A DNA stretch of 35,316 nucleotides from a virus. Its lineage: Duplodnaviria; Caudoviricetes. The number at the start of each line of letters is the position of its first letter. The first letter of the stretch is position 1. The notes below the pieces were generated by a model. The model had not been told where the DNA came from, did not search any database, and saw nothing but the letters and a program-made list of their open reading frames with translations. The stretch is from positions 1 through 35,316 of IMG/VR virus record IMGVR_UViG_3300032257_000069. One strand, given 5' to 3'. The position numbers and the translations under genes were made by a program. This document shows, in pieces, positions 9,125-16,250 of the stretch.

Positions 9125-9300
9125 GCGGTCGCCAAAGAGTGCAGGCCACAGCCAATGAACCAAGTGAGCCAACCGCGAAAACGGCGCTGGAACGAATGCG
9201 CTACGAACGGTCTGTATTGGCGGCAAACACTGCGCGCCTGTCAGAAGAACTGGATAAACTGATACACGGATCGAAAGACAATGTTCCTGCTAAGTCTTGA
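9121..9300 (+). CDS. Hypothetical protein, 59 aa (not in ORF track)
   Basis: ATGA overlap with the upstream stop, AAGGGGG RBS, reads MSGRQRVQAT...NVPAKS*, and fills the gap. Confidence 0.6.
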   Translation: MSGRQRVQATANEPSEPTAKTALERMRYERSVLAANTARLSEELDKLIHGSKDNVPAKS

Positions 9301-9721
9301 AGCACTATCGATGGCGCTGGGCGTCGTTGCGATAGGTTTTTCAATCTGGGTGATCCGGCACTTTCTTGGAACAGTCGGCTGGCTTCGCTGGACTGAACAC
9401 CGGCACTGGCAACCGCGCGACTGGATCGCGGTGGGCATCGTTACGGGTTTTGCGGGCGAAGTTCTGGATGGCGTTTACTGGTCAACGGCATGGGCGGCGC
9501 ATTATTTTGATCTTCCAGTTTCTTCATCGCTGATGAACTGGGGCGTTGTGGCCAATATTCCATTCCGGCACGTTCTGGTGATCGCGGCGGCATACTGTCA
9601 CATTCGCGCGGCTGGTTCGCTGTCTGGCGCGAAGTTCAGCGAACGCATCAACCAGATCGCACTGGTGGCTTTGAGTTTTGGCGGCTTGCTCACGGCTTTG
9701 TTGGTCTTTGCCGCGCTATAG
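9281..9721 (+). CDS. Multi-pass membrane protein in lysis cassette
   Basis: About four hydrophobic segments; overlaps the preceding ORF. Confidence 0.6.
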   Translation: MFLLSLEALSMALGVVAIGFSIWVIRHFLGTVGWLRWTEHRHWQPRDWIAVGIVTGFAGEVLDGVYWSTAWAAHYFDLPVSSSLMNWGVVANIPFRHVLVIAAAYCHIRAAGSLSGAKFSERINQIALVALSFGGLLTALLVFAAL

Positions 9722-9735
9722 GAAGGAAGCACACC

Positions 9736-10311
9736 ATGATTTCATCGATTGCTTTAACACTGGCCAGCCGGTTCGCACCCGGTATCGTGCGCCGCCTCGC
9801 TGGGGATGGCGCAGGCGACATCGCAGAACGCTTGCTGGGCATCGCTCGAACTGTCACCGGGGCGGAAAGCCCTGAACAGGCTGTTGAACGCCTGATGGCC
9901 AATGACGAAATGCGCCATGAGTTTGAACTTCAGGCGGCATCGCTAGATGTCGAACTGGAACAAGCCTATTTGGCAGATCGCCAGAATGCGCGATCCCGCG
10001 AACTTGAAATGGCCAGACTGGGCAAGGGCGATCTGATGATGGACATCATCGGCGTCGTCACGGTGCTGGGCTTCATTGCAACGGTGCTGGCGGCGTTCTT
10101 TGTCCCGGACATGACATCATCCCAGCAAAATCTGATCTTCGCACTGGCGGGCATCCTAGGCGCTGGGTTCACCGGCATCATCGGATACTATTACGGTTCA
10201 TCACGCGGTTCCGCGATGAAGAATGATCTGCTGCGCAGTCAGGCACCGCCTGCCCCAGCGCGGCGCGAACGACAGGACGATGGCGATGCCCGTTCACGAC
10301 AGCCCGCGTAA
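9736..10311 (+). CDS. Holin-like protein (3TM/GTA-holin-like type)
   Basis: N-terminal amphipathic region, coiled segment ending ADRQNARSRE, two TM helices and IIGYYYGSS.GS..K motif. Confidence 0.7.
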   Translation: MISSIALTLASRFAPGIVRRLAGDGAGDIAERLLGIARTVTGAESPEQAVERLMANDEMRHEFELQAASLDVELEQAYLADRQNARSRELEMARLGKGDLMMDIIGVVTVLGFIATVLAAFFVPDMTSSQQNLIFALAGILGAGFTGIIGYYYGSSRGSAMKNDLLRSQAPPAPARRERQDDGDARSRQPA

Positions 10312-10531
10312 AACGCCAATGACACCGCAGCAGAAGGTGATCGCTGCTGCTGCGGTCGCCAGCGCGCTGGGTGTTCTGGCCAGTGCCGTGAACTTTGGAT
10401 ACATCGCGCTGCATGACCGCGAACATCGCGTGATGACACTGAACGAACTGTGCGGTGCAGAACTGTCTGGCGATCCTGAAAAGGATGATCCATTGATTAC
10501 GGCGCGCAATGCGATGGGGGGGTGTCGATAG
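10286..10531 (+). CDS. Small membrane-anchored hypothetical protein (possible lysis accessory)
   Basis: One TM segment and two Cys. Start is uncertain (10280, 10286 or 10319). Confidence 0.5.
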   Translation: MPVHDSPRKTPMTPQQKVIAAAAVASALGVLASAVNFGYIALHDREHRVMTLNELCGAELSGDPEKDDPLITARNAMGGCR

Positions 10532-10569
10532 AATAAACCCGCCGCGCTGGTGTTAGGGCGCGACGGGTT
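10532..10569 (-). terminator. Intrinsic terminator oriented for a minus-strand transcript
   Basis: On the - strand: AACCCGTCGCGC-loop-GCGCGGCGGGTT followed by TATT. Confidence 0.6.
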
Positions 10570-10620
10570 CAGGGGGGGACCGTGAGGGTCGGATGTTGCT
10601 GGCTGGGGAGACAACAACCC
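10532..10620 (-). ncRNA. Predicted ~88-nt leftward small RNA with anti-Shine-Dalgarno motifs (AbcR/alpha-r15-like)
   Basis: 5' hairpin GUUGUUG-UCUCCCCAGC-CAGCAAC, then GGUCCCCCCCUGAA, then a terminator hairpin. Both stems have G-U pairs on the - strand that would be A-C mismatches on +. Upstream promoter-like TTGACT-17-CAGAAA. Confidence 0.6.
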
Positions 10621-10623
10621 GAT

Positions 10624-10653
10624 TTTTCTGGGCCGGTTTTTCAGAAAAGTCAA
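10624..10653 (-). promoter_or_regulatory. Leftward sigma70-type promoter overlapped by inverted repeat TTTTCTG-N11-CAGAAAA (candidate operator)
   Basis: -35 TTGACT (10653-10648), 17-nt spacer, weak -10 CAGAAA (10630-10625). Inverted repeat spans 10624-10648. Confidence 0.5.
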
Positions 10654-10659
10654 ATGTGG

Positions 10660-10689
10660 TTGCACCCTCTGGGCGAAAGGCGCTAGAAC
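10660..10689 (+). promoter_or_regulatory. Rightward early promoter, probably giving a leaderless mRNA
   Basis: TTGCAC-18-TAGAAC. GCTAGAAC fits the Caulobacter-type -10 GCTANAWC. The ATG lies 4 nt downstream with no room for an SD. Confidence 0.55.
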
Positions 10690-10693
10690 TGTC

Positions 10694-10939
10694 ATGGGCG
10701 AAACAGTGAAAACATTCAGGCAGTGGCTTTCAGAAAACGACATATCCCAGAACAAGGCATCGAAGCGCTTAGGCGTTTCGCAGCAGTGGGTTTGCATGTT
10801 GTGCGATCCTGCCGATCCATCCCGTCCCAGTGTCCAGTTGCTGATGGAAATCGAGGAATGGACAGACGGCGCTGTTTCGCTCGCCAGTTGGCGAGACAAA
10901 GGAGCATTGCCGCATGAAAGTCTGGAAACTGATCCGTGA
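10694..10939 (+). CDS. Cro-like helix-turn-helix regulator
   Basis: WL...ISQ..ASKRLGVSQQWV......RPS..L...IE..T.GAV...W, typical of Cro/YdaS-like proteins; first gene of the rightward operon. Confidence 0.8.
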   Translation: MGETVKTFRQWLSENDISQNKASKRLGVSQQWVCMLCDPADPSRPSVQLLMEIEEWTDGAVSLASWRDKGALPHESLETDP

Positions 10940-11216
10940 CTGGTGGGCGAAAACGCATTCACCAGGTCAAAACATACTGCACGAGCGACAGCACAAAGCA
11001 GCCCGCCGCGCACAGATTGGCGACGATCTGAAAAACCTGTCTGCGCAGTTGCGCAAAAGCCGACAGTTAGAACACGACTATGCCCACGGACGCGCTGCGC
11101 GCCGGGGCAATCAGTCATGGGAGAATGCGACTACAGCAGTCGCACAGGCAGACCGTTTCCGGTCTGCGCAACATCTTGCGAAACGCAAGAAACAACCGAA
11201 AGGGAAACCCGCATGA
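10914..11216 (+). CDS. Basic hypothetical protein
   Basis: AAGGAG RBS before the ATG; coupled to both neighbours. Confidence 0.65.
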   Translation: MKVWKLIRDWWAKTHSPGQNILHERQHKAARRAQIGDDLKNLSAQLRKSRQLEHDYAHGRAARRGNQSWENATTAVAQADRFRSAQHLAKRKKQPKGKPA

Positions 11217-11602
11217 AAATGAACTTTGCAAGGAAACTGTTCACAGAAGATCGTGAACCAATGCGCGAGAGGGTGAAGCCAGATGGATCACCAGACCCGT
11301 CTAGCGACGTTCTCACGCTGCGCAAGGCGGTGGGCATCATTGGGCGGCGCTCGCACCCAGATGCCGATAAGACCGACACACAGGACAAGTCAGATTTACG
11401 GTTCCATCTGGTTCTGAAAATCAACCCGCACCCGGTCGGCGTCGACGTGTTTGATGTCACCGTGGAAGAATGCGCGGCCATCAAGGAGCGCGCCCATTAT
11501 TTCTTCGACGCATGGGTGTCTGGGCAGGTTCGTCAAATGCTGGATGATCCAGAATGGACACTGGACCCAGCGCCAAAGAAAGCCACCACGTCCGAAAAAT
11601 AG
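11213..11602 (+). CDS. Phage hypothetical protein (129 aa)
   Basis: ATGA coupling at 11213. LTL..RF.L.LKI....D.T.EE.A.IK...V.G....ML pattern resembles a common small phage protein family. Confidence 0.65.
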   Translation: MKMNFARKLFTEDREPMRERVKPDGSPDPSSDVLTLRKAVGIIGRRSHPDADKTDTQDKSDLRFHLVLKINPHPVGVDVFDVTVEECAAIKERAHYFFDAWVSGQVRQMLDDPEWTLDPAPKKATTSEK

Positions 11603-11605
11603 AAC

Positions 11606-11631
11606 CGGGCGAAACACACGGCCATTCAGGA
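11606..11631. repeat. Inverted-repeat arm in the leader/RBS of ORF 11642, complementary to 15513-15540
   Basis: CGGGCGAAACACACGGCCATTCAGGA versus TCCTGAATGGCCGTGTGTGTTTCGCCCG: 26 matches plus a 2-nt insertion. Confidence 0.9.
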
Positions 11632-11641
11632 GGGCCAATCT

Positions 11642-12052
11642 ATGAGCAATATTAAAACCGCCGAAAAAGTCGCGGCTGACATTCAGTCGATGATCACACT
11701 GCTGAAAGACAGCAGCGAAATCGAAGGACTGCCAACCTTGTCAGACGACGATCTGAACCGGCTGGCCACGGACCCGATCACAGCCGCCCTGCAGTTCAAG
11801 GCGTCCAGATTGAAGTTCATCAAGGAGATAATCGACCAGCAGGCGGCACATGGAACATCTGTTGTCATCATGGGCTTTATCCCAGCAGTCGAAGGCGAAC
11901 ATCACGCGACGACATGCATCACGCCGGGATTGGCGTCAGAAGTGCTGGCGCGCGGTCTGTTTGAACTTGTCCACGGCAATGCATCACTTAGCGCGGAGTT
12001 CAGCGCGCTGGCGATTGAAGCTGCCACGAATATGATGGGGAAGGGCAAGTGA
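11642..12052 (+). CDS. Hypothetical protein (136 aa)
   Basis: Strong AGGAGG RBS; no recognisable motif. Confidence 0.75.
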   Translation: MSNIKTAEKVAADIQSMITLLKDSSEIEGLPTLSDDDLNRLATDPITAALQFKASRLKFIKEIIDQQAAHGTSVVIMGFIPAVEGEHHATTCITPGLASEVLARGLFELVHGNASLSAEFSALAIEAATNMMGKGK

Positions 12053-12477
12053 TGGGACAGCCAAGCTACAAGCGCGTTGAAAAACCAGAACCAGACCCGC
12101 GCCAGATCGAAATGTTCGAGGGACCGGCAACGGTCGCAGAAACCCCGGCATGGTGCAGGTCGCAGGCGTTCAAGGACGCACTGAAAAAGATGCCCGCCAC
12201 CCAGCGCGACATCTGGGAAGCCATCGCCAGATCAGAAGCCAGCTTCCCCGGTCGCGGCATGACCTGTGAAGAACTGGTCTGGGCGGTCTGTGAAATCCGC
12301 CAGTTGCCGGAAGGCACAGGGCCGGGGCTTCTCACGATCCGCCCGAATGTCACCCGCATGAAGCAGGCCGGTCTGATCGAACCCGTCAAACGCCGCGGTA
12401 AAACAGAAAGCGGGAAAGCCTGCACGGCCTACGCGCTTGTTGACCCGGCGAAGAAGAAGGAAGCACGCCATGACTAA
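12049..12477 (+). CDS. Winged-helix DNA-binding protein
   Basis: GMT.EEL...TIRP.VT.M..AGLI.....KT.SGK....Y pattern. Start is 12049 or 12052. Confidence 0.7.
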   Translation: MMGQPSYKRVEKPEPDPRQIEMFEGPATVAETPAWCRSQAFKDALKKMPATQRDIWEAIARSEASFPGRGMTCEELVWAVCEIRQLPEGTGPGLLTIRPNVTRMKQAGLIEPVKRRGKTESGKACTAYALVDPAKKKEARHD

Positions 12478-12829
12478 ACACCGCCACATGAAAACCTACC
12501 GAGGGCCGGAAGGCGAGGACTTGCGTGTTGCAGAACGCATCAGGATCGCCCGCAATCACGCCGGGGTGTCGCAGGAAAAAATAGGCAGGGCGCTGGGGAT
12601 CAGCTTCCAGCAGGTCCAGAAGTACGAGAGCGGCAAGAACCGGATCACCGTGGGCAAGCTGTCGCGCTGGTCCATCGCGGTTGGCGTTCCATTAACCGTT
12701 CTGCTTGATGGTCTGGGATACCTACCCCAGCGCAAACAGGCGAAACCTGGTGGATTGGAATATGATGATACACAGGCGAACAAGCGTTCACCGGAGACAT
12801 GGGAGGGCTTTATCGATGGCACACGATGA
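12470..12829 (+). CDS. XRE-family HTH transcriptional regulator
   Basis: RIRIAR...GVSQEKIG.ALGISFQQVQKYESG.NRI, the XRE subtype typical of alphaproteobacteria. No S24 peptidase domain. Confidence 0.9.
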   Translation: MTKHRHMKTYRGPEGEDLRVAERIRIARNHAGVSQEKIGRALGISFQQVQKYESGKNRITVGKLSRWSIAVGVPLTVLLDGLGYLPQRKQAKPGGLEYDDTQANKRSPETWEGFIDGTR

Positions 12830-13022
12830 CAAACTGCTGGTGTTCGGGACTTTGGAAACACCGAAAATGCCGAACTTTTTGAGAGCAAAACTGCACGGCG
12901 TCGATGTTTCGATCAATGTGGGAACGCTGACACCGGAACAGGCGGAAGCATTCGCGGCGATCTGGACGGAAGCATTCACGCATCACTGCGCCAAGCTGCG
13001 GGAGGTATTGGGCAATGGCTAA
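12816..13022 (+). CDS. Hypothetical protein (68 aa)
   Basis: GGGAGG RBS before ATG 12816; coupled to neighbours. Confidence 0.65.
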   Translation: MAHDDKLLVFGTLETPKMPNFLRAKLHGVDVSINVGTLTPEQAEAFAAIWTEAFTHHCAKLREVLGNG

Positions 13023-13305
13023 GGCATCACAAGTGTTCGAAACCGCCACCGCGCACCCAGATTGGAACGCGGACCAGATCGCAGAAGCGCTGGATTGTTC
13101 GCCATCCTATGTGCGCACGACATTCTATCGCGCTGGTCTGCCTGTCCCAAACAAACAGGATCGCGCAGCGTTCAAGCCAGTCACCCGCTGCGCACTGGCG
13201 CTGGCATCCATCGCAGAAAAACAGGACGTGAACAGTCCCGCATTTCATAAGGCTTATGCTGAACTGGAATGCGCTATCGAAAAGGAACAGATACATGCCC
13301 CATAA
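13015..13305 (+). CDS. Small HTH protein
   Basis: HPDWNADQIAEALDCSPSYVRTT..R.GL helix-turn-helix pattern; GGAGG RBS. Confidence 0.65.
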   Translation: MAKASQVFETATAHPDWNADQIAEALDCSPSYVRTTFYRAGLPVPNKQDRAAFKPVTRCALALASIAEKQDVNSPAFHKAYAELECAIEKEQIHAP

Positions 13306-13591
13306 AAAAAAGACCCCGCTTTTTCTGGTGATGCAGCGCGCGGCGCTGGTTATCCTTGTTCTCGGTGCCGTCCAGCTTGTCGCCACGGTTAGTTTGATCG
13401 CTGGCGCCCTGCTTGGCACCGCAGTGCTGACCTTCATCGTCGGCATCCTGCTGGAAGATAAACACCGCGCTGATGTCAGTCGCGCGTTCGATCACAACCC
13501 GTTCACTGAAAATGCGGCCGCAGAAGAAAAGGCCGGCACTGCGCAGCGCGCACCGCGACCAAAGCGCGCGACGGAAGGTTCAGACGAATGA
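13295..13591 (+). CDS. Two-TM membrane protein
   Basis: AAGGA RBS; long hydrophobic hairpin. Confidence 0.65.
   Translation: MPHKKKTPLFLVMQRAALVILVLGAVQLVATVSLIAGALLGTAVLTFIVGILLEDKHRADVSRAFDHNPFTENAAAEEKAGTAQRAPRPKRATEGSDE
13509..13541 (+). repeat. 33-bp exact direct repeat, copy 2
   Basis: Identical to 1687-1719. Confidence 0.9.
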
Positions 13592-13914
13592 TCCGGCGCA
13601 CAGGGATCATGGCCGCGATGCTGGCGGCTGGTGGGGTGCTGGGGCTTGGCCCCGGCATCGCGTCGGTCGGCGGTGACACCCAGACGACGCGCACCGCATC
13701 TGCAGAACAGCAGCAAGGCAAACAGAACAAACAACGGCCTGCGGTTCGAATACAGCGCCAGCAGGTGCGCTATAACCCAGACGGTTTTCGTCGTCGCCAT
13801 GATGGCATTCATCGCAGTTCAGGCTGGTGGAACAAACGGCGCTGGAAACTATCAAAGCAGACCGGCAAAAAGTCCGGTCGCGGAAACCGCAAAACAGGAG
13901 GTCGCGCACGATGA
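13588..13914 (+). CDS. Highly basic hypothetical protein with hydrophobic N-terminus
   Basis: ATGA coupling at both ends; R/K/G-rich C-terminus. Confidence 0.6.
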   Translation: MIRRTGIMAAMLAAGGVLGLGPGIASVGGDTQTTRTASAEQQQGKQNKQRPAVRIQRQQVRYNPDGFRRRHDGIHRSSGWWNKRRWKLSKQTGKKSGRGNRKTGGRAR

Positions 13915-14102
13915 CACATTCAACAGGTAGTGACGGGTGTGGCGGCTGCGCCATTGTCGTTTTCTTTGTCGCATTCGCGGCATGGCTCACTCATGTTGTG
14001 ACCTGTTTCCAAACAGGCGCATGGGGTTTTCTGATTGGCGGTGCGCTGTTCTTCCCGGTCGCCATTGTTCACGGCGTTCTGATTTGGCTGGGGGTGGCGT
14101 GA
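13911..14102 (+). CDS. Small membrane protein (63 aa)
   Basis: AGGAGG RBS; AWLTHV..C....W.FLI.GALFFP..IVHG..IW hydrophobic pattern. Confidence 0.7.
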   Translation: MTHSTGSDGCGGCAIVVFFVAFAAWLTHVVTCFQTGAWGFLIGGALFFPVAIVHGVLIWLGVA

Positions 14103-14908
14103 TGACTAAGGCTCCCGATAGCCTCCGCATGGCGATCAAAACGGCGCTTCTGGAAGAAGTCGCCTTCGAGCATTCCGACGAGGACGGCACACACCTGACG
14201 GGATTGGACGAGGCGACATGGCGCATCCTTGCTCTTATCCAACAGCCAGCCGTGAAGGTTAAGGCGCTGGAGTGGAAAGAGCCGAGCCAGCTTACGAACG
14301 GATGTTGGGTCGCAGACACGCCGTTCACCGGATACAGTATTTGCCACGAAGATTGTCGGTTTCATGTCATTTGCGAAGGCTGGAATATCAGCGGTGACGA
14401 TCAAGACGTAGCACTTGATTGCCCCACCCTAAAAGCCGCCAAAGCCGCAGCACAGGCTCATTACGACAAAGCAATCCGTGAAGCACTGGAGCCCATCCCT
14501 GACGGGTGGGGTGTGTTCCCGCTTGAACCAACAGAGGCGATGCTCGAAGCTTCATGGCGCGATACGCAAGAGGTATCGGCCAGCGAACGAATGGCCGCAG
14601 AACTTGGCGATGCTCGGGCGGCTCATCGCCACAAAATGCGCCGACGATACCGAGCCATGCTCTCCGCCGCTCCTGTCCCTGACGGTATGGTGATGATTGA
14701 GGCGCTTCGCCCGCGTTCAGGCGGCAACATAATCCACGCGCGACGTGCAAACTGCACCATATCTGCTGGCCGTACTTTGTGCAGTCGCTACTCTGTCGGC
14801 TGGCCCCCGTTGACGGAGAAGTTTGACCCTCTGAACGCCATGTCTTGCGTGCAGTGTGTCAACGGATACCGCAACATGATCGCCAACGGCCTGCAGGTGA
14901 CAACATGA
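14102..14908 (+). CDS. Mosaic accessory protein (268 aa)
   Basis: Contains common phage mini-modules VKVK.LEW...TL.AAKAAAQA.Y and VP.EPTEAML.A...YRAML.AAP-like, plus a C-terminal H..C..CxxC cluster. Confidence 0.65.
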   Translation: MTKAPDSLRMAIKTALLEEVAFEHSDEDGTHLTGLDEATWRILALIQQPAVKVKALEWKEPSQLTNGCWVADTPFTGYSICHEDCRFHVICEGWNISGDDQDVALDCPTLKAAKAAAQAHYDKAIREALEPIPDGWGVFPLEPTEAMLEASWRDTQEVSASERMAAELGDARAAHRHKMRRRYRAMLSAAPVPDGMVMIEALRPRSGGNIIHARRANCTISAGRTLCSRYSVGWPPLTEKFDPLNAMSCVQCVNGYRNMIANGLQVTT

Positions 14909-15126
14909 CTGAACAGCGTGAACGCCACCGCCTGAAGGCCAGCTATGCGGGCCAGCCGTTGGCTGTTCTGCGCGCTGAATATCGAAACTGGAAGGAAGTG
15001 CGGGATCGCCACGTTCGGGCATCCCGCGATACACTGGCGGCTATGGCGCAGATGCGCCTGACCGTGATCACCGAGGAAGTCGAAATCCAGAAAGGGAACA
15101 AACACAATGACCGACAGACCAGATAG
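14905..15126 (+). CDS. Hypothetical protein (73 aa)
   Basis: ATGA coupling; AGGTG RBS. Confidence 0.6.
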   Translation: MTEQRERHRLKASYAGQPLAVLRAEYRNWKEVRDRHVRASRDTLAAMAQMRLTVITEEVEIQKGNKHNDRQTR

Positions 15127-15478
15127 CACTGAAGCGCTGGCGATCCAGACCATGCGCGACACAGCTGCATTGGCGTTTCGCTACAAACAGGAACTGGACG
15201 CCATCAAGAAACCCGCTTCATCCCGGCGCGTGGAACAGGCAGAACTGGCGACACATGAAGCAGAAGAAGCGCTGCAGGCGCTGGCCACACGACTGCGCGA
15301 AGCCATTGGCCAGACCATGATGGGCATGACACTGCGCAACAGATTGAACGAAATCATTGATGACCTGGTGCCGCGCAAAGACAGCCTGTCCGACTTCCTA
15401 GCGCGGGAACAGACACCCCTTGGCAACAATGTATTGAACACCGAGGCGCAGTTGCACAGATGCGGGCCTTGTCCCTGA
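15107..15478 (+). CDS. Hypothetical helical protein
   Basis: AAGGGA RBS; coiled-coil-like composition. Confidence 0.6.
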   Translation: MTDRPDSTEALAIQTMRDTAALAFRYKQELDAIKKPASSRRVEQAELATHEAEEALQALATRLREAIGQTMMGMTLRNRLNEIIDDLVPRKDSLSDFLAREQTPLGNNVLNTEAQLHRCGPCP

Positions 15479-15498
15479 TCGCAGGGCGATGATAGACC
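15469..15498 (+). promoter_or_regulatory. Promoter-like element containing palindrome CCCTG-ATCG-CAGGG
   Basis: TTGTCC-18-TAGACC has the same geometry as the 10660 promoter. Palindrome at 15473-15486. Confidence 0.4.
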
Positions 15499-15502
15499 AC
15501 TC

Positions 15503-15593
15503 TCACGGTTGTTCCTGAATGGCCGTGTGTGTTTCGCCCGAAACGCCGCGTCATGCCCTCGCACCCTCCCGGTTGCGGGGGCATTTCGTTTTT
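15503..15593 (+). ncRNA. Predicted ~90-nt antisense small RNA
   Basis: Lies between a promoter-like element and a terminator; complementary to the leaders of ORFs 11642 and 22795. Confidence 0.55.
15553..15593 (+). terminator. Intrinsic terminator ending the early region
   Basis: ATGCCCTCGCACC-CTCCC-GGTTGCGGGGGCAT followed by TTCGTTTTT. Confidence 0.75.
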
Positions 15594-15638
15594 GGATCAA
15601 TCGCGGCATATACTGTCCGCAATCGGGAGAAATAACGA

Positions 15639-16250
15639 ATGGCACAGCTTCGCAATACACGCTGGGAAAAGTTCGCGCAGCAGATCGCAAAAGGCATGTC
15701 TATCGTGGACAGCTATCAGGTCGCTGGGTACGCCGCGAAAACATATTCTGCGAGCGCGACACTCGGTTCCAGATTGTTCAAAAAGGTTGAAATCCAAGAA
15801 CGGGTGGATGAACTGCGGCGCGCTGGGGCAACACGCGCTGAAATCTCCGTCGAACGGGTTCTGCGAGAACTGGCAGGCATAGGGTTTGCGAACATGTCCG
15901 AGTTCGTGCGCATCGATGACAATGGACACCCGCAGGTCGATCTATCCACACTGACACCGCATCAGGCCGCAGCCATCAGCGAAACCCGCACTGAATGCGT
16001 TCTTCCCGGCGTCTTGAAAGATGGGAAGAAGGCGGGCGATCCTGACTGCTGGCAGTCACCGCCTGAATACAAGATCATGATCAAGCTGCATCCGAAAATC
16101 CCGGCGCTGGTCAAACTGGGTGAACATGTCGGCGCATTCGATGGTGAAGGCGGCAAGCAGCAGCCGGTTCAGTTCTTCTTTTCAGACCAGCCGATGTCAG
16201 AAGCCGACTGGATGGACCAGCACGGCATCGATGACGATCAGGGCGACTGA
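15639..16250 (+). CDS. terS: Terminase small subunit
   Basis: L.N.R.EKFAQ....G.....SY..AGY...RL.....I..RV.EL; VLREL..IGFAN; AL.KLGEH.G.F. Directly upstream of terL. Confidence 0.9.
   Translation: MAQLRNTRWEKFAQQIAKGMSIVDSYQVAGYAAKTYSASATLGSRLFKKVEIQERVDELRRAGATRAEISVERVLRELAGIGFANMSEFVRIDDNGHPQVDLSTLTPHQAAAISETRTECVLPGVLKDGKKAGDPDCWQSPPEYKIMIKLHPKIPALVKLGEHVGAFDGEGGKQQPVQFFFSDQPMSEADWMDQHGIDDDQGD

Noticed and set aside
10294-11118. 274-aa minus-strand ORF as a CI repressor or replication protein
   Set aside because: It overlaps well-supported + strand genes and the regulatory spacer, and shows no HTH, S24 or Rep motif.
12470-12829. XRE protein as the canonical CI immunity repressor
   Set aside because: It lies mid-operon in the same direction as the Cro-like gene and lacks a peptidase domain. 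A repressor role cannot be excluded.
15942-15950. Isolated DnaA-box-like CTATCCACA in terS, and similar single matches elsewhere
   Set aside because: Single, coding and unclustered; expected by chance.
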